From Bradymonadia bacterium (lineage in GTDB: Bacteria; Myxococcota_A; Bradymonadia; UBA7976; UBA1532), in assembly GCA_049318805.1 (NCBI GenBank), contig JBMOFP010000002.1, positions 9,273 through 73,272 of the forward strand: a DNA stretch of 64,000 bases, written 5' to 3'. The notes beneath the pieces are model-generated. The model was not told the DNA's origin. It saw only the letters and a program-made list of their open reading frames with translations, and did not search any database. A program made the position numbers and the translations under genes. Shown piece by piece: positions 12,584 to 22,193 of this stretch; the first letter of the stretch is position 1; the number at the start of each line of letters is the position of its first letter.

Positions 12584-13000
12584 GTGTTCCTGTGTCACAA
12601 ACGGGTGCGATTCGCGCACTGCGATCCCGCCGGGATCATCTTCTACCCGCAGTACCTGATGCTCGCCCACGAGGTGAAAGAAGACTGGCTGCGGGAGGGC
12701 CTCGGCTATCCGCTCGAGCAGTCCCTCTTGACCGACCGCAAGGGCCTCCCGGTCGTTCGTCTCGAGGTGGACTTCAGCGCGCCGAGTCGCTTTGGAGAGG
12801 AGCTGCTCTTTCAGCTCGAGGTGGTGAAGGTCGGGCGCACCTCCGTCGACACCCTCTACTCGGTCTTCTGTGGCGAGGAGCTGCGCTGTCGTATCCGGTC
12901 CGTCGACGTCCGCACGGACCTGGAGACGGGTCAATCGGTCGAGTGGGAGCCCGAGCTCAGGGAGAAGCTCCTGACCTTCTACGTCGAGCCCGACGCATGA
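12584..13000 (+). CDS. acyl-CoA thioesterase, 4HBT/YbgC hotdog family
   Basis: VRFAHCDPAGIIFYPQY motif with the catalytic Asp of 4-hydroxybenzoyl-CoA thioesterase-like proteins. GTG start 4 nt after the ligase stop. Confidence 0.7.
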   Translation: MFLCHKRVRFAHCDPAGIIFYPQYLMLAHEVKEDWLREGLGYPLEQSLLTDRKGLPVVRLEVDFSAPSRFGEELLFQLEVVKVGRTSVDTLYSVFCGEELRCRIRSVDVRTDLETGQSVEWEPELREKLLTFYVEPDA

Positions 13001-13389
13001 GCCGTGTGTTGCAGCCCCCCACCTGGGCCCGTCCGCGGGGCTACGCCAATGGGGTCGAGGCCTCTGGGCGCCTCGTTTTTGTCGCCGGTCAGATCGGCTG
13101 GAACGGGCAGGGGGTCTTCGAGTCGGACGACCTCGTCGCGCAGACACGACAGGCCCTCGAGAACGTCGTCGCGGTCCTCGCCGAGGCCAACGCCGGGCCG
13201 GAGCACCTCGTGCGCATGACCTGGTACCTGGTCGACAAACAGGCCTACAAGGCGCGGTCGGCGGAGCTCGGGCAGGTCTATCGCGCGGTGCTCGGGCGAA
13301 ACTTTCCCACGATGACCGCCGTCCAGGTGGTGGCGCTGATCGAGGACCGGGCGCTGGTCGAGATCGAATGCACGGCCGTCGTGCCGTGA
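12997..13389 (+). CDS. RidA/YjgF-family enamine/imine deaminase
   Basis: ATGA overlap with the thioesterase stop. YjgF motifs (RPRGYANGVEASGRLVFVAGQIG, AVQVVALIEDRALVEIE). Confidence 0.7.
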   Translation: MSRVLQPPTWARPRGYANGVEASGRLVFVAGQIGWNGQGVFESDDLVAQTRQALENVVAVLAEANAGPEHLVRMTWYLVDKQAYKARSAELGQVYRAVLGRNFPTMTAVQVVALIEDRALVEIECTAVVP

Positions 13390-13416
13390 CCTGAACGCAA
13401 CGGAACGAGAGGCGCG

Positions 13417-14601
13417 ATGGAATCCCCCCGTAAGTCCCCCAAATTCGACTGGCAGGACCCGCTCGACCTCGAGGGTCAGTTGACCGAGGACGAGCGCATG
13501 GTGCGCGACTCCGCGCGTGCCTACGCCCGTGACCGGCTCATGACGCGGGTCCAGCGCTCCTTCCGGACGGAGACCACCGACCCCGAGATCTTTCGCGAGA
13601 TGGGGGCCCTCGGCCTGCTCGGTCTCACGATCGAAGGCTACGGCTGTGCGGGCCTGGGCTACGTGGCCTACGGTCTCGTCGCCCGGGAGATCGAGCGGGT
13701 CGACTCCGGCTATCGCTCGATGATGAGCGTGCAGTCGTCCCTCGTCATGCATCCGATTCACGCCTTCGGCACCGAGGCCCAGCGCGCGCGGTGGCTCCCG
13801 GGCCTCGCCACGGGCGCGCTCATCGGGTGTTTCGGTCTCACCGAGCCGAACCACGGCTCTGACCCCGGCGGCATGGAGACGCGCGCGCTCGCGGTCGACG
13901 GCGGCTATCGCCTCAGCGGCACGAAGCGGTGGATCACGAACTCACCGATCGCGGACGTCTTCGTGGTCTGGGCGAAGACCGCGGACGACGTCATTCGGGG
14001 CTTCGTGCTCGAGAAGGGCATGGCGGGTCTGTCGGCGCCGAAGATCGAGGGCAAGTTCAGCCTGCGCACCTCGATTACGGGCGACATCGTGCTCGACGAC
14101 GTCTTTGTGCCGGCGGAGAACCTCCTGCCGGGCGTGCAGGGTCTGAAGGGCCCCTTCTCGTGCCTGAACAGCGCCCGCTACGGCATCGCCTGGGGCGCGC
14201 TCGGGGCCGCGGAGTTCTGCTGGCACGCGGCGCGGGACTACGCGCTCGAGCGCAAGCAGTTCGGGCGGCCGCTCGCCGCCAACCAGCTCGTGCAGAAGAA
14301 GCTCGCCGACATGCAGACGGAGATCGTGCTCGGGCTTCTGGGATGTCTGCGCCTCGGTCGCATGAAAGAGGCAGGCACCGCGGCGCCGGAGATCACCTCG
14401 ATTCTCAAGCGCAACTCCTGCGGCAAGGCGCTCGACGTGGCGCGAGCCGCCCGCGACATCCACGGCGGCAACGGGATCGTCGACGACTACCACGTCATCC
14501 GACACGTGATGAACCTCGAGACCGTGAACACCTACGAGGGCACTCACGACATCCACGCGCTCATCCTCGGTCGCGCCCAGACCGGCATCAGCGCCTTCTG
14601 A
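13417..14601 (+). CDS. gcdH: glutaryl-CoA dehydrogenase
   Basis: ACAD family with a GcdH-like N-terminus ([17 protein letters not shown]) and [19 protein letters not shown] motifs. Confidence 0.75.
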   Translation: MESPRKSPKFDWQDPLDLEGQLTEDERMVRDSARAYARDRLMTRVQRSFRTETTDPEIFREMGALGLLGLTIEGYGCAGLGYVAYGLVAREIERVDSGYRSMMSVQSSLVMHPIHAFGTEAQRARWLPGLATGALIGCFGLTEPNHGSDPGGMETRALAVDGGYRLSGTKRWITNSPIADVFVVWAKTADDVIRGFVLEKGMAGLSAPKIEGKFSLRTSITGDIVLDDVFVPAENLLPGVQGLKGPFSCLNSARYGIAWGALGAAEFCWHAARDYALERKQFGRPLAANQLVQKKLADMQTEIVLGLLGCLRLGRMKEAGTAAPEITSILKRNSCGKALDVARAARDIHGGNGIVDDYHVIRHVMNLETVNTYEGTHDIHALILGRAQTGISAF

Positions 14602-14620
14602 TCGACCCACACCCCTAAGG

Positions 14621-15457
14621 TCAGAGTCGGGTGCGCAGGTCCCAAAGCTCCGGGAAAAGTCGTACCTCGAGCATGCCGCGCAGGTACGAGACGCCCGAGG
14701 TGCCCCCGGTGCCCCGCTTGAAGCCGATGACCCGTTCCACCGTCGTGACGTGGCGAAATCGCCATTGGCGAATCGTGTCCTCGACGTCGACGAGCTTCTC
14801 GGCCAGCTCGTAGAGGTCGAAGTACCGTTCGGTGTTGCGGTAGACCTCGGACCAGGCCGCCTCGACGGAGGGGTGCGCGACGTAGGGTTGCCTGAAGTCG
14901 CGATTCACGACCTCGGCGTCCACGGGAAGCCCGCGTCGCGCGAGCACCCGGATCGCCTCATCGTAGAAGCTCGGCGCCTCGAGGAGCGCGTCGAGCCAAG
15001 CGGCGAGGTCGGGCCGATGTCGGTGCGGCTCGATCATCGCCGCGCTCTTGTTGCCCAGCAGGAACTCCAACCCCCGGTACTGGTAGGACTGGAAGCCCGA
15101 GGAGTGCCCGAGCGACGCGCGGAACTGCGTGTACTCGCTGGGCGTCAGCGTCGACAGCACGTTCCACGCCTGTATCAACTGCTCCATGATCGCGCCGACC
15201 CGGGCGAGCATCTTGAACGCCGGGCCGAGCTCATCGGCCTGGAGCTTCGCGCGGGCCGCGAAGAGCTCGTGGAGCACGAGCTTCATCCAGAGCTCGGTCG
15301 TCTGGTGCTGCACGATGAAGAGCATCTCGTCGTGGCAGGTCGAGCGGGGATGCTGCGCGTCGAGCAGCCCATCGAGCGACAGGTAGTCGCCGTAGCTCAT
15401 CTTCCCGGTGAAATCGACGTGGGCTCCACTCGGCCCTGAGGGTGCGTCGGATGCCAT
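14621..15457 (-). CDS. kynA: tryptophan 2,3-dioxygenase
   Basis: 278 aa with bacterial TDO signature ([41 protein letters not shown]). Confidence 0.85.
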   Translation of the reverse strand: MASDAPSGPSGAHVDFTGKMSYGDYLSLDGLLDAQHPRSTCHDEMLFIVQHQTTELWMKLVLHELFAARAKLQADELGPAFKMLARVGAIMEQLIQAWNVLSTLTPSEYTQFRASLGHSSGFQSYQYRGLEFLLGNKSAAMIEPHRHRPDLAAWLDALLEAPSFYDEAIRVLARRGLPVDAEVVNRDFRQPYVAHPSVEAAWSEVYRNTERYFDLYELAEKLVDVEDTIRQWRFRHVTTVERVIGFKRGTGGTSGVSYLRGMLEVRLFPELWDLRTRL

Positions 15458-15476
15458 CGACCTCTCCCGGATTTGG

Positions 15477-17393
15477 TTACGTCACACGCGCGCGACGCTG
15501 GAAGGCGGGGTCTCGCCAGGTCTCGCGCTCGAGGACGTCGCGCAGAGCCTCGACGGCGTCCCACACGTCTCGAAACGAGAGGTACAGCGGCGCGAAGCCG
15601 AAACGAAGGATGTCGGGCGCGCGAAAGTCGCCGATCACGCCACGGGCGATCAGCGCCTGCATGACGGGCCACGCGTTCGGGTGGCGCAGGCAGACCTGAC
15701 TCCCGCGCTCGTTCGGCGCACGGGGTGTGACCACCTCGAGACCGTGGCCCGCGCACCGCTGCTCGACCCAGTCGATGAAGTGGCCCGTCAGTGCCACAGA
15801 CTTCGCCCGCAGGGCCTCCATGGGGGCCGCCAGCACCGTCTCGACGCCCACCTGGAGCGCGGCGAGAGAGAGCACCGGCGGGGTCCCGCAAAGCAGCCGC
15901 TCGATGCCGGGGGCGGGCGCATACTCGGGTGTGAAGTCGAAGGGCGCTGCGTGCCCCATCCAGCCCGCCAGCGGCGAGCTGAAGGCCGCCTGGTGACGCG
16001 CGGCGACGAAGGCGAACGCGGGCGCGCCCGGGCCGCCGTTGAGGTACTTGTAGCCGCACCCGACGGCGAAGTCGGCCCCGGCGGCGTTCAAGTCGACGGG
16101 CACGGCGCCTGCGCTGTGGGCCAGGTCCCAGACGACCAGGGCGCCGTGGGCGTGGGCCGCCGCCGTGAGCCGGGCCAGGTCGTGCATCGCCCCGGTCCGA
16201 TAGTTCACGTGCGTCAGCATCAGGACGGCCACGTCCGAGTCCAGCGCCGCCTCGGGGTCGTCCACCGCGTCGACGACATGGCTCCGGGCGAGCAAGTCGC
16301 GCAGCCCCTGGGCGACGTAGAGGTCCGTGGGGAAGTTGCTGCGCTCGCTCACGATGCGTCGACGGTCGCCGCGCATCGCCAACGCCGCGGAGAGGACCTT
16401 GAAGAGGTTCACCGAGGTGCTGTCCGCGACGATGACCTCGCCGGGCGCTGCGCCGACCAGCCGCGCGATCTGGTCGCCGACGCGCCGCGGCAGGTCGATC
16501 CACCCGGCTGTGTTCCAGCTTCGAATGAGGTCCTGGCCCCATTCGCGCTCGATGACCGCGCGCAAGCGCGCCGGCGTGGCGCGCGGCAAGGGGCCCAGCG
16601 AGTTGCCGTCCAGGTACACGACGCCGGGGGGCAGGTCGAAGGCGTCTCGGTGGACCGCGAGCGGGTCCGCGCGGTCCAGGTCCGCGGGTGTCCTTCGCGA
16701 GGGCTTCTCGACCTGGTCGGCGCGGGACAACGGCCCACGGAGGACCGCCCGCACGGGGGCGGCGTCGCAGTCTTCGACCTTGAGCGGCAAGGCGATCAGC
16801 TCGTAGTCGCCTTCAGGCACCGCGTCGAGCACGAGGTTCTCGAGGATGCCCATGCCGTGGCGCGCGATGGCGGCATGGGCGTCCATGGTCTTTGAACTCT
16901 CGGGATCGAGCGAGGGGGTGTCGATGCCGATGAGCTCGACCCCATGCGCCGCCAGGAGGTCGATGACCTCGGGGTGGACCGCCGTGAAGTCGCTCGCCCA
17001 GCGCTCTACGGCCGCCTTCGCCTGCGTTCTCAGCAGGACCCGGGGCGGACACCCTTCGAGGTGCGCGGCGAGCGCCGAGGCGTCGACCCGCCCGACGGCG
17101 TCGAGAACGTGCACGACCCGACACGGGCCGAGGTAGCGCTCCAGCGCGAGGCCGCCGACCGTCGCGCCGTCGCGCCGATAGTGGGCCGGCGCGTCCGCGT
17201 GGGTGCCCGCGTGGGAGGAGAGCACGAGGCGCGATACGTTGACCGGGCAGTCCTCGGACAGGACCCAGATCCGTCGTTCGTCGAAGTCGGTGTCGCCGGG
17301 CCAGGTGGGCATACCCACACGGAGCGGCGCCGAGATGTCCCAGAGGCGCATGTGGTCGAGCATCGCGCACGCGATGCGCCACCGCAAACTCAA
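15477..17393 (-). CDS. kynBU: fused kynurenine formamidase (cyclase family, N-terminal) and kynureninase (PLP-dependent, C-terminal)
   Basis: N-terminal 210 aa has [39 protein letters not shown] as in KynB. Residues from about 250 onward have [17 protein letters not shown] and the PLP-lysine region [11 protein letters not shown] as in KynU. One 638-aa frame with no internal stop. Confidence 0.75.
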   Translation of the reverse strand: MSLRWRIACAMLDHMRLWDISAPLRVGMPTWPGDTDFDERRIWVLSEDCPVNVSRLVLSSHAGTHADAPAHYRRDGATVGGLALERYLGPCRVVHVLDAVGRVDASALAAHLEGCPPRVLLRTQAKAAVERWASDFTAVHPEVIDLLAAHGVELIGIDTPSLDPESSKTMDAHAAIARHGMGILENLVLDAVPEGDYELIALPLKVEDCDAAPVRAVLRGPLSRADQVEKPSRRTPADLDRADPLAVHRDAFDLPPGVVYLDGNSLGPLPRATPARLRAVIEREWGQDLIRSWNTAGWIDLPRRVGDQIARLVGAAPGEVIVADSTSVNLFKVLSAALAMRGDRRRIVSERSNFPTDLYVAQGLRDLLARSHVVDAVDDPEAALDSDVAVLMLTHVNYRTGAMHDLARLTAAAHAHGALVVWDLAHSAGAVPVDLNAAGADFAVGCGYKYLNGGPGAPAFAFVAARHQAAFSSPLAGWMGHAAPFDFTPEYAPAPGIERLLCGTPPVLSLAALQVGVETVLAAPMEALRAKSVALTGHFIDWVEQRCAGHGLEVVTPRAPNERGSQVCLRHPNAWPVMQALIARGVIGDFRAPDILRFGFAPLYLSFRDVWDAVEALRDVLERETWRDPAFQRRARVT

Positions 17394-17728
17394 CCGGTGA
17401 GGGTCGCCTCGAGGCTGTTCGGCGTCAGCGTGGGGTCGAGCCGGCGCACACTCGTGGCGTCCGATCGACTCTCGGGGTGCACGTCGTAGATACGACAGGC
17501 CGACCCTCGAAGGCGCGCCGACATCACGAAGTCGTCGACGCTCATCTCGTCGACCGTCTCACAGAAGACGACGGCGTCGATGGGGGCGCCGTCGAGCGCT
17601 TCAAGACAGTGCAGGGGAGTCCCTGCGTCGACCGGGCTGACGCAGCGCATCATGCCGAGCCGGTGCACCCACTCGGCGCGCTCACTCGCACTCGAACCCG
17701 TCACGAGCAGTCGTATCGCGGTCTTCAT
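17390..17728 (-). CDS. hypothetical protein (possible degenerate receiver-like fold)
   Basis: 112-aa ORF whose stop overlaps the kynBU start. No clear motif. Confidence 0.3.
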   Translation of the reverse strand: MKTAIRLLVTGSSASERAEWVHRLGMMRCVSPVDAGTPLHCLEALDGAPIDAVVFCETVDEMSVDDFVMSARLRGSACRIYDVHPESRSDATSVRRLDPTLTPNSLEATLTG

Positions 17729-17781
17729 GCCCTCGCTATCGGCAGGCCGCGCGAAGAAAAGAGGAGGAAATCGCCCGGGTG

Positions 17782-18843
17782 TCAGCGGCTACCCACCCAG
17801 GGGATCGTGAACGCGCCGCGCTCAGGCCCTGCGCCGACGACCGAGAAGCAGACCCGGTCACCCGCCCGGACAGTCTCAGACGCGACGTCGTCGGAGAGCA
17901 GGCAGAGCGTGCTGGCCGTGACGACGTTCCCGATGCGCTGTGCGTGGGTGGGCGCGAACTCGGGCCCCAGCCCCATCGTCTGGAGCGTCTTCGCGACCAG
18001 GCCGGGGCTCGCCTGGTGGGTGTACAGACGTCGGAACGTGCGCGTCAGCTCGGGCTCGGTCTCGAGCAGCGCTTGATGGTTCAGGCGCATGCCCTCGGTG
18101 TAGTACTTCAGCACCGCGTCGCCATCCATGGAGAACGCCGCCAGAGTCGTCGCGCTCGGTGTGCCCGGCGGGTGCTCGGCGCCGCCCCCGCGGAACTCGA
18201 CGAGCGGGTTGTCGAAGCCCGGTTCGTCGCCAAAGCTGTGGGTGTCTCGGGCGTAGAGCCAGTGGCCGGTCGTGTCGTCGGTTCGCTCGAGCACGACCGC
18301 GGCGGCGGCGTCCGAGAACAGCGCGGGCGAGTACCACAGCGTCTTGCCGCGCGGGTGCATGGGGTTGTCCCGGTAGATCTCGTTCGGTCCGCCGAGGTGG
18401 TCCAACATGTACCGGCTGGTGGCGTTGAAGGCCACGACCAGGGTCCGACGTGCGTTCGAACGCGCCGCGGTGGCGAACGTCCGCGCAAGGCCCCCGCATC
18501 CCGCCTGCAGCAGCGTGCTCGGCACGTCGTCGGGCAGACCGAGCCCGCGCGCGACCTCGAAGGCGTCTTGATTGAGGTGCAGCTGGAACGGCGTGCACGT
18601 GACCACGACGCAGGCGTCGACGTCGTCCGGGCCGAGACCGGCCGCCTCGAGCGCGCGCCGACCCACGTCGATGGCGGGTTCGAGTGAGCTGAAGCGGGTG
18701 GGGGACCACGCCTTCGATTGAATGCCGAGTCGCGTCGCGACCGCGTTGCCATCCAGGTACATGCCGGGCTTGCCGCGGTCCGGGATACACGCCCACTCCG
18801 CCCACGTACCGATGGGGATGATCTGACCGAGCTCGCTCGCCAC
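17782..18843 (-). CDS. 3-oxoacyl-ACP synthase III family (FabH/PqsD/OleA-like) condensing enzyme
   Basis: GTG start (VASELGQII). Cys-His-Asn triad context LLQAGCGGL, LYTHQAS, IGNVVTAST. Has an insertion relative to housekeeping FabH (HPRGKTLWYSP). Confidence 0.7.
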   Translation of the reverse strand: MASELGQIIPIGTWAEWACIPDRGKPGMYLDGNAVATRLGIQSKAWSPTRFSSLEPAIDVGRRALEAAGLGPDDVDACVVVTCTPFQLHLNQDAFEVARGLGLPDDVPSTLLQAGCGGLARTFATAARSNARRTLVVAFNATSRYMLDHLGGPNEIYRDNPMHPRGKTLWYSPALFSDAAAAVVLERTDDTTGHWLYARDTHSFGDEPGFDNPLVEFRGGGAEHPPGTPSATTLAAFSMDGDAVLKYYTEGMRLNHQALLETEPELTRTFRRLYTHQASPGLVAKTLQTMGLGPEFAPTHAQRIGNVVTASTLCLLSDDVASETVRAGDRVCFSVVGAGPERGAFTIPWVGSR

Positions 18844-18969
18844 TGCGCGAAGAACGAGTGAATGAGGCTTCAGACTTGGACCCCTCGGCCGTGCGCTCCC
18901 CCGAGCACCCGCGGCGAAGTCATCATCCGCCGACCCCTCAGGCAACGCGCAGCGGTCGGAAGAGTCCCT

Positions 18970-19812
18970 ATGAATTCAGGTTCTTCCCGTGATTGCCGGT
19001 GTCCTGACCCGATGGGTGAAGCCGTTCAGCACAACCCGGCGTGGATCGTCGGGGACGAGCCGGTCGGTCGAGTCGCGCTGTGCTCGATGTTGGCGGCGTC
19101 CGGCTTTGGACCGGTGAAGGTCGTGGAGTCCTCCGCGACCCTCGATCCAGCACAGCTTGGGCCGGGCGTGATCGTCGTCGTGGACCTGGAGTCGACGTTC
19201 CTTTTGGACCCCGTCGAGATGACCGCGATCTGGGGGACTCTTCGGGGGGCGCGCGCACGAAACTGCCTGGTCGTGGGCGTCGGCTTGGAACCGGCGTCGC
19301 TCCCCAGTGAGTTCATGTTCCTGCCGAAGCCGACTCGAGTGACGGCCTTCACGGCGCTCCGTGCCCGCCTCGTGGAGCGGCTCGGACCGGCGGTCGTCAC
19401 GCCGGCCGGAGGCCGCGCGTCCGCAGAGCCCGACGTGCTCGAGCTCGCCAAGCTCGTCGAGATGTACGGGAGCGACCCGGAAGACCTGCGATGCATGCTC
19501 GAGGAGTACCGAGACCACGGGCACCGCCTGCACCAGGACTATCGCGCCGCGCTCCGCGCGTGGGCCGCCAGCGACGAGCCCGAAAGTCGGCAGACGCTCC
19601 AGCGCTGCGCGCATCGACTCTGCGGGAGCGCGGGGGCCGTGGGGGCGACCCGCGTCTGCCACGCCACCCAGACTCTGATGCACCTCTCGGCGACGACACC
19701 GGGGGGCACCTTCGGCGACGCGGCCCGTGTCGTCGAAGCCCTGCTCGGGCGACTCGAGGTGGAGATCGACACACGCTTGCGTGCTGGGTCCGCCTCGTCG
19801 GTGGCGTCGTGA
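18970..19812 (+). CDS. receiver-like plus Hpt phosphotransfer domain protein
   Basis: N-terminal CheY-like segment (WIVGDEPV, VIVVVDLES). C-terminal Hpt helix with AHRLCGSAGAVGA matching the HxxKG-type motif. Start could also be 19012. Confidence 0.5.
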   Translation: MNSGSSRDCRCPDPMGEAVQHNPAWIVGDEPVGRVALCSMLAASGFGPVKVVESSATLDPAQLGPGVIVVVDLESTFLLDPVEMTAIWGTLRGARARNCLVVGVGLEPASLPSEFMFLPKPTRVTAFTALRARLVERLGPAVVTPAGGRASAEPDVLELAKLVEMYGSDPEDLRCMLEEYRDHGHRLHQDYRAALRAWAASDEPESRQTLQRCAHRLCGSAGAVGATRVCHATQTLMHLSATTPGGTFGDAARVVEALLGRLEVEIDTRLRAGSASSVAS

Positions 19813-22190
19813 CCGAAGGGCCGTCCGCCGGCTTTCTGTTCGGGGTCGGGCGCGTTCTCCTCGTCACCGGTGTGGTGTTCAGCTTCTTCTACGCGTGGGT
19901 GAACGCGGCGCCCGCGGCCGCGGCCTGCGCGGCCGCGACGACGGTGTGTGGCTGGATCCTTTGGCGCTTACGCCGCGGAGACTCCGCCCAGACGACCGCG
20001 CAGCGCTACCTCGGGACCTTCTACTTCGCGTTGACCACCGTGGCCTTTGCGACGGGCGGTCACCGCGCCCCGGTCGGCGTCTGGCTGAGCCTCGTCCCGT
20101 TGGTCGCGGTGTCGGTGTCCGGCCTGCGCTCGGCGCAGCGTTGGGGCTGGATCGTCGCCGCGACGATGACGGTGCTCTTTGTCCTCGACCGCGTGGGGAT
20201 CGACGGCTCTCACCCCGGCACGATCATCTTGCCTCGACTCGAGCAGTCCGTCGAGGCCTGGGTCCTGTGGGTGGGCAACGTCGGGCTCGTGCTGGTCGCG
20301 GTGGTCGTCGTGGGTCGGTATGAGCGGGCGATGCGGGACTTGCTCGCGCGCCTGGAGCAAAGCCGCGAGGCGTTGTCCATCGCCCGCGACCAGGCCGAGG
20401 CGGCGAGCCGCGCCAAGAGCACATTTCTCGCGAACGTCAGTCACGAGGTTCGAACGCCGCTCAACGGCATCATCGGGCTGTCCGAGGTCCTCCGGGAGAG
20501 CGAGGCGGAGCCCGACCGGCGTCAGCAGCTGGACGTCGTTCGAAACTCCGCGCGGTCGCTCCTCGCGGTGCTGAACGATGTTTTGGACTTCTCGAAGATC
20601 GAGTCCGGTGCACTGGCGCTCGAGAGCCTGCCCTTTGTGCCCGGCGACGTCGTCGACGAGGTCGTCGAGCTCTTCGGGCCACCGGCCGAGAGCCGCGGTC
20701 TCCTTCTGGCGGCCCACATCGAGGACCGGACGCTGGTCCAGGGCGATCCCGTTCGCTTCCGCCAGATCGTCTCGAACCTGGTCGGCAACGCGGTGAAGTT
20801 CACGACGGCCGGGTGGGTTCACGTCCGTTTGCGGTCCTCGGAGACGGCCCAGGGGCGGTGCATCGTGCTCGAGGTCGAGGACTCGGGGATCGGCATCTCC
20901 GAGGACCAACTCGCGCGGGTCTTCAGCCCCTTCGCCCAGGCGGACGTCGCCACGACCCGACGGTTCGGAGGGACCGGCCTCGGGCTCTCGATCGTGCAGC
21001 AACTGTGCGGTGCGATGGGGGGGCGAATCGACGTCCAGAGCGCCATCGGCCACGGGACGAGCTTCCGACTGGTGTTCCCGTGGAGGGTCCCGTCGACGTC
21101 GCCGCGTCCCATCGAGACCGGGCTGGAGGGACGCGCGTTCGCGGTCGTGCTCCCCGAGTCCCCGGTGCGCGACACGCTGTGTGAGAACCTGTGGCGCGCC
21201 GGGGCCGCTTCGGTCTCCATCTGGCCCGACCTCGAGTCCTTTGCGACCGCGCGAGAGGACTTCATCGCCACCGGAGCGCCCCCGATCGAGGAGATCGTGC
21301 TCACCTCGAGCCGACGCGCGTTGGCCCTGGAGCAACCGATGGCCGCCCGGTGGATCTCGGTGTGTGGCGCCCATCCCGCCGCCGGACGCGGTGCGCCCGT
21401 CGCCCACGTATCGTCGTGGGTCCGGGGCGCGCGCTTCGTGCGCCGCATCGTCGGCGCGCTCGAACCGGACGCCCTGATCACCCCGACGCTCTCCGAGCCG
21501 ATTCTGGCGAACGCCACCCCAGACAACGACGTCGGCGAGGGCCTGTCGGTGCTGGTGGCTGAGGACAATCCCGTCAACCAGCAGGTCATCGCGCGCATGC
21601 TTCGACGACTCGGCGCGACGGCGGACTTCGTGGAGAACGGACGCCTCGCCGTCGAGGCCGTGCAACGACGCACCTACGACGTCGTCCTCATGGACGGTCA
21701 GATGCCCGTGCTCGATGGTGAGGACGCCACCCGAGAGATTCGCAACCTGCCCGGGCCAGCGGGTCGGGTCACGGTGGTCGCCGTCACGGCCCACACGCTG
21801 CAAGGGGACCAGAGTCGCTGCTTCGCCGCCGGCATGGACGACCACGTGCCCAAGCCCCTCACGCTGGACGCGCTGCGCGTGACGCTGGAGCGCGTTCGGG
21901 CGCGCCGTGACCTTGCCGAAGACGCCCGGGCCGAGTTCGCCGGCGTGCTCGCCGCCGTTCTGCCGACGATGCGGCAGGGGTCCAGCGAGCTGGTGCGCGC
22001 GACGGACCTGAGCCTCGAGGCCCGCGAGTCCAGGTTGCGGCTGGCGGTCCGCCGGCTCGCCGCGGGCGCGGCGTGGTCCGGCGACGCCGAGCTGGAGCGG
22101 GCCTGCAGACGCGCGCTCGCCGAGCCCCGGATTCGGGTCGCCGACCTCGCCACCCTGGGCTTGTTGCCCGTGCGCGAACGCGCAGCCTGA
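19809..22190 (+). CDS. hybrid sensor histidine kinase (TM sensor, HisKA, HATPase_c, receiver)
   Basis: GTG 19809 overlaps the Hpt protein stop. About 6 predicted TM helices. H-box SHEVRTPLNGIIG, G-boxes GTGLGLSIVQ, receiver VLVAEDNPVNQ..VLMDGQMPVLDG. Confidence 0.8.
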   Translation: MTEGPSAGFLFGVGRVLLVTGVVFSFFYAWVNAAPAAAACAAATTVCGWILWRLRRGDSAQTTAQRYLGTFYFALTTVAFATGGHRAPVGVWLSLVPLVAVSVSGLRSAQRWGWIVAATMTVLFVLDRVGIDGSHPGTIILPRLEQSVEAWVLWVGNVGLVLVAVVVVGRYERAMRDLLARLEQSREALSIARDQAEAASRAKSTFLANVSHEVRTPLNGIIGLSEVLRESEAEPDRRQQLDVVRNSARSLLAVLNDVLDFSKIESGALALESLPFVPGDVVDEVVELFGPPAESRGLLLAAHIEDRTLVQGDPVRFRQIVSNLVGNAVKFTTAGWVHVRLRSSETAQGRCIVLEVEDSGIGISEDQLARVFSPFAQADVATTRRFGGTGLGLSIVQQLCGAMGGRIDVQSAIGHGTSFRLVFPWRVPSTSPRPIETGLEGRAFAVVLPESPVRDTLCENLWRAGAASVSIWPDLESFATAREDFIATGAPPIEEIVLTSSRRALALEQPMAARWISVCGAHPAAGRGAPVAHVSSWVRGARFVRRIVGALEPDALITPTLSEPILANATPDNDVGEGLSVLVAEDNPVNQQVIARMLRRLGATADFVENGRLAVEAVQRRTYDVVLMDGQMPVLDGEDATREIRNLPGPAGRVTVVAVTAHTLQGDQSRCFAAGMDDHVPKPLTLDALRVTLERVRARRDLAEDARAEFAGVLAAVLPTMRQGSSELVRATDLSLEARESRLRLAVRRLAAGAAWSGDAELERACRRALAEPRIRVADLATLGLLPVRERAA

Positions 22191-22193
22191 AGC

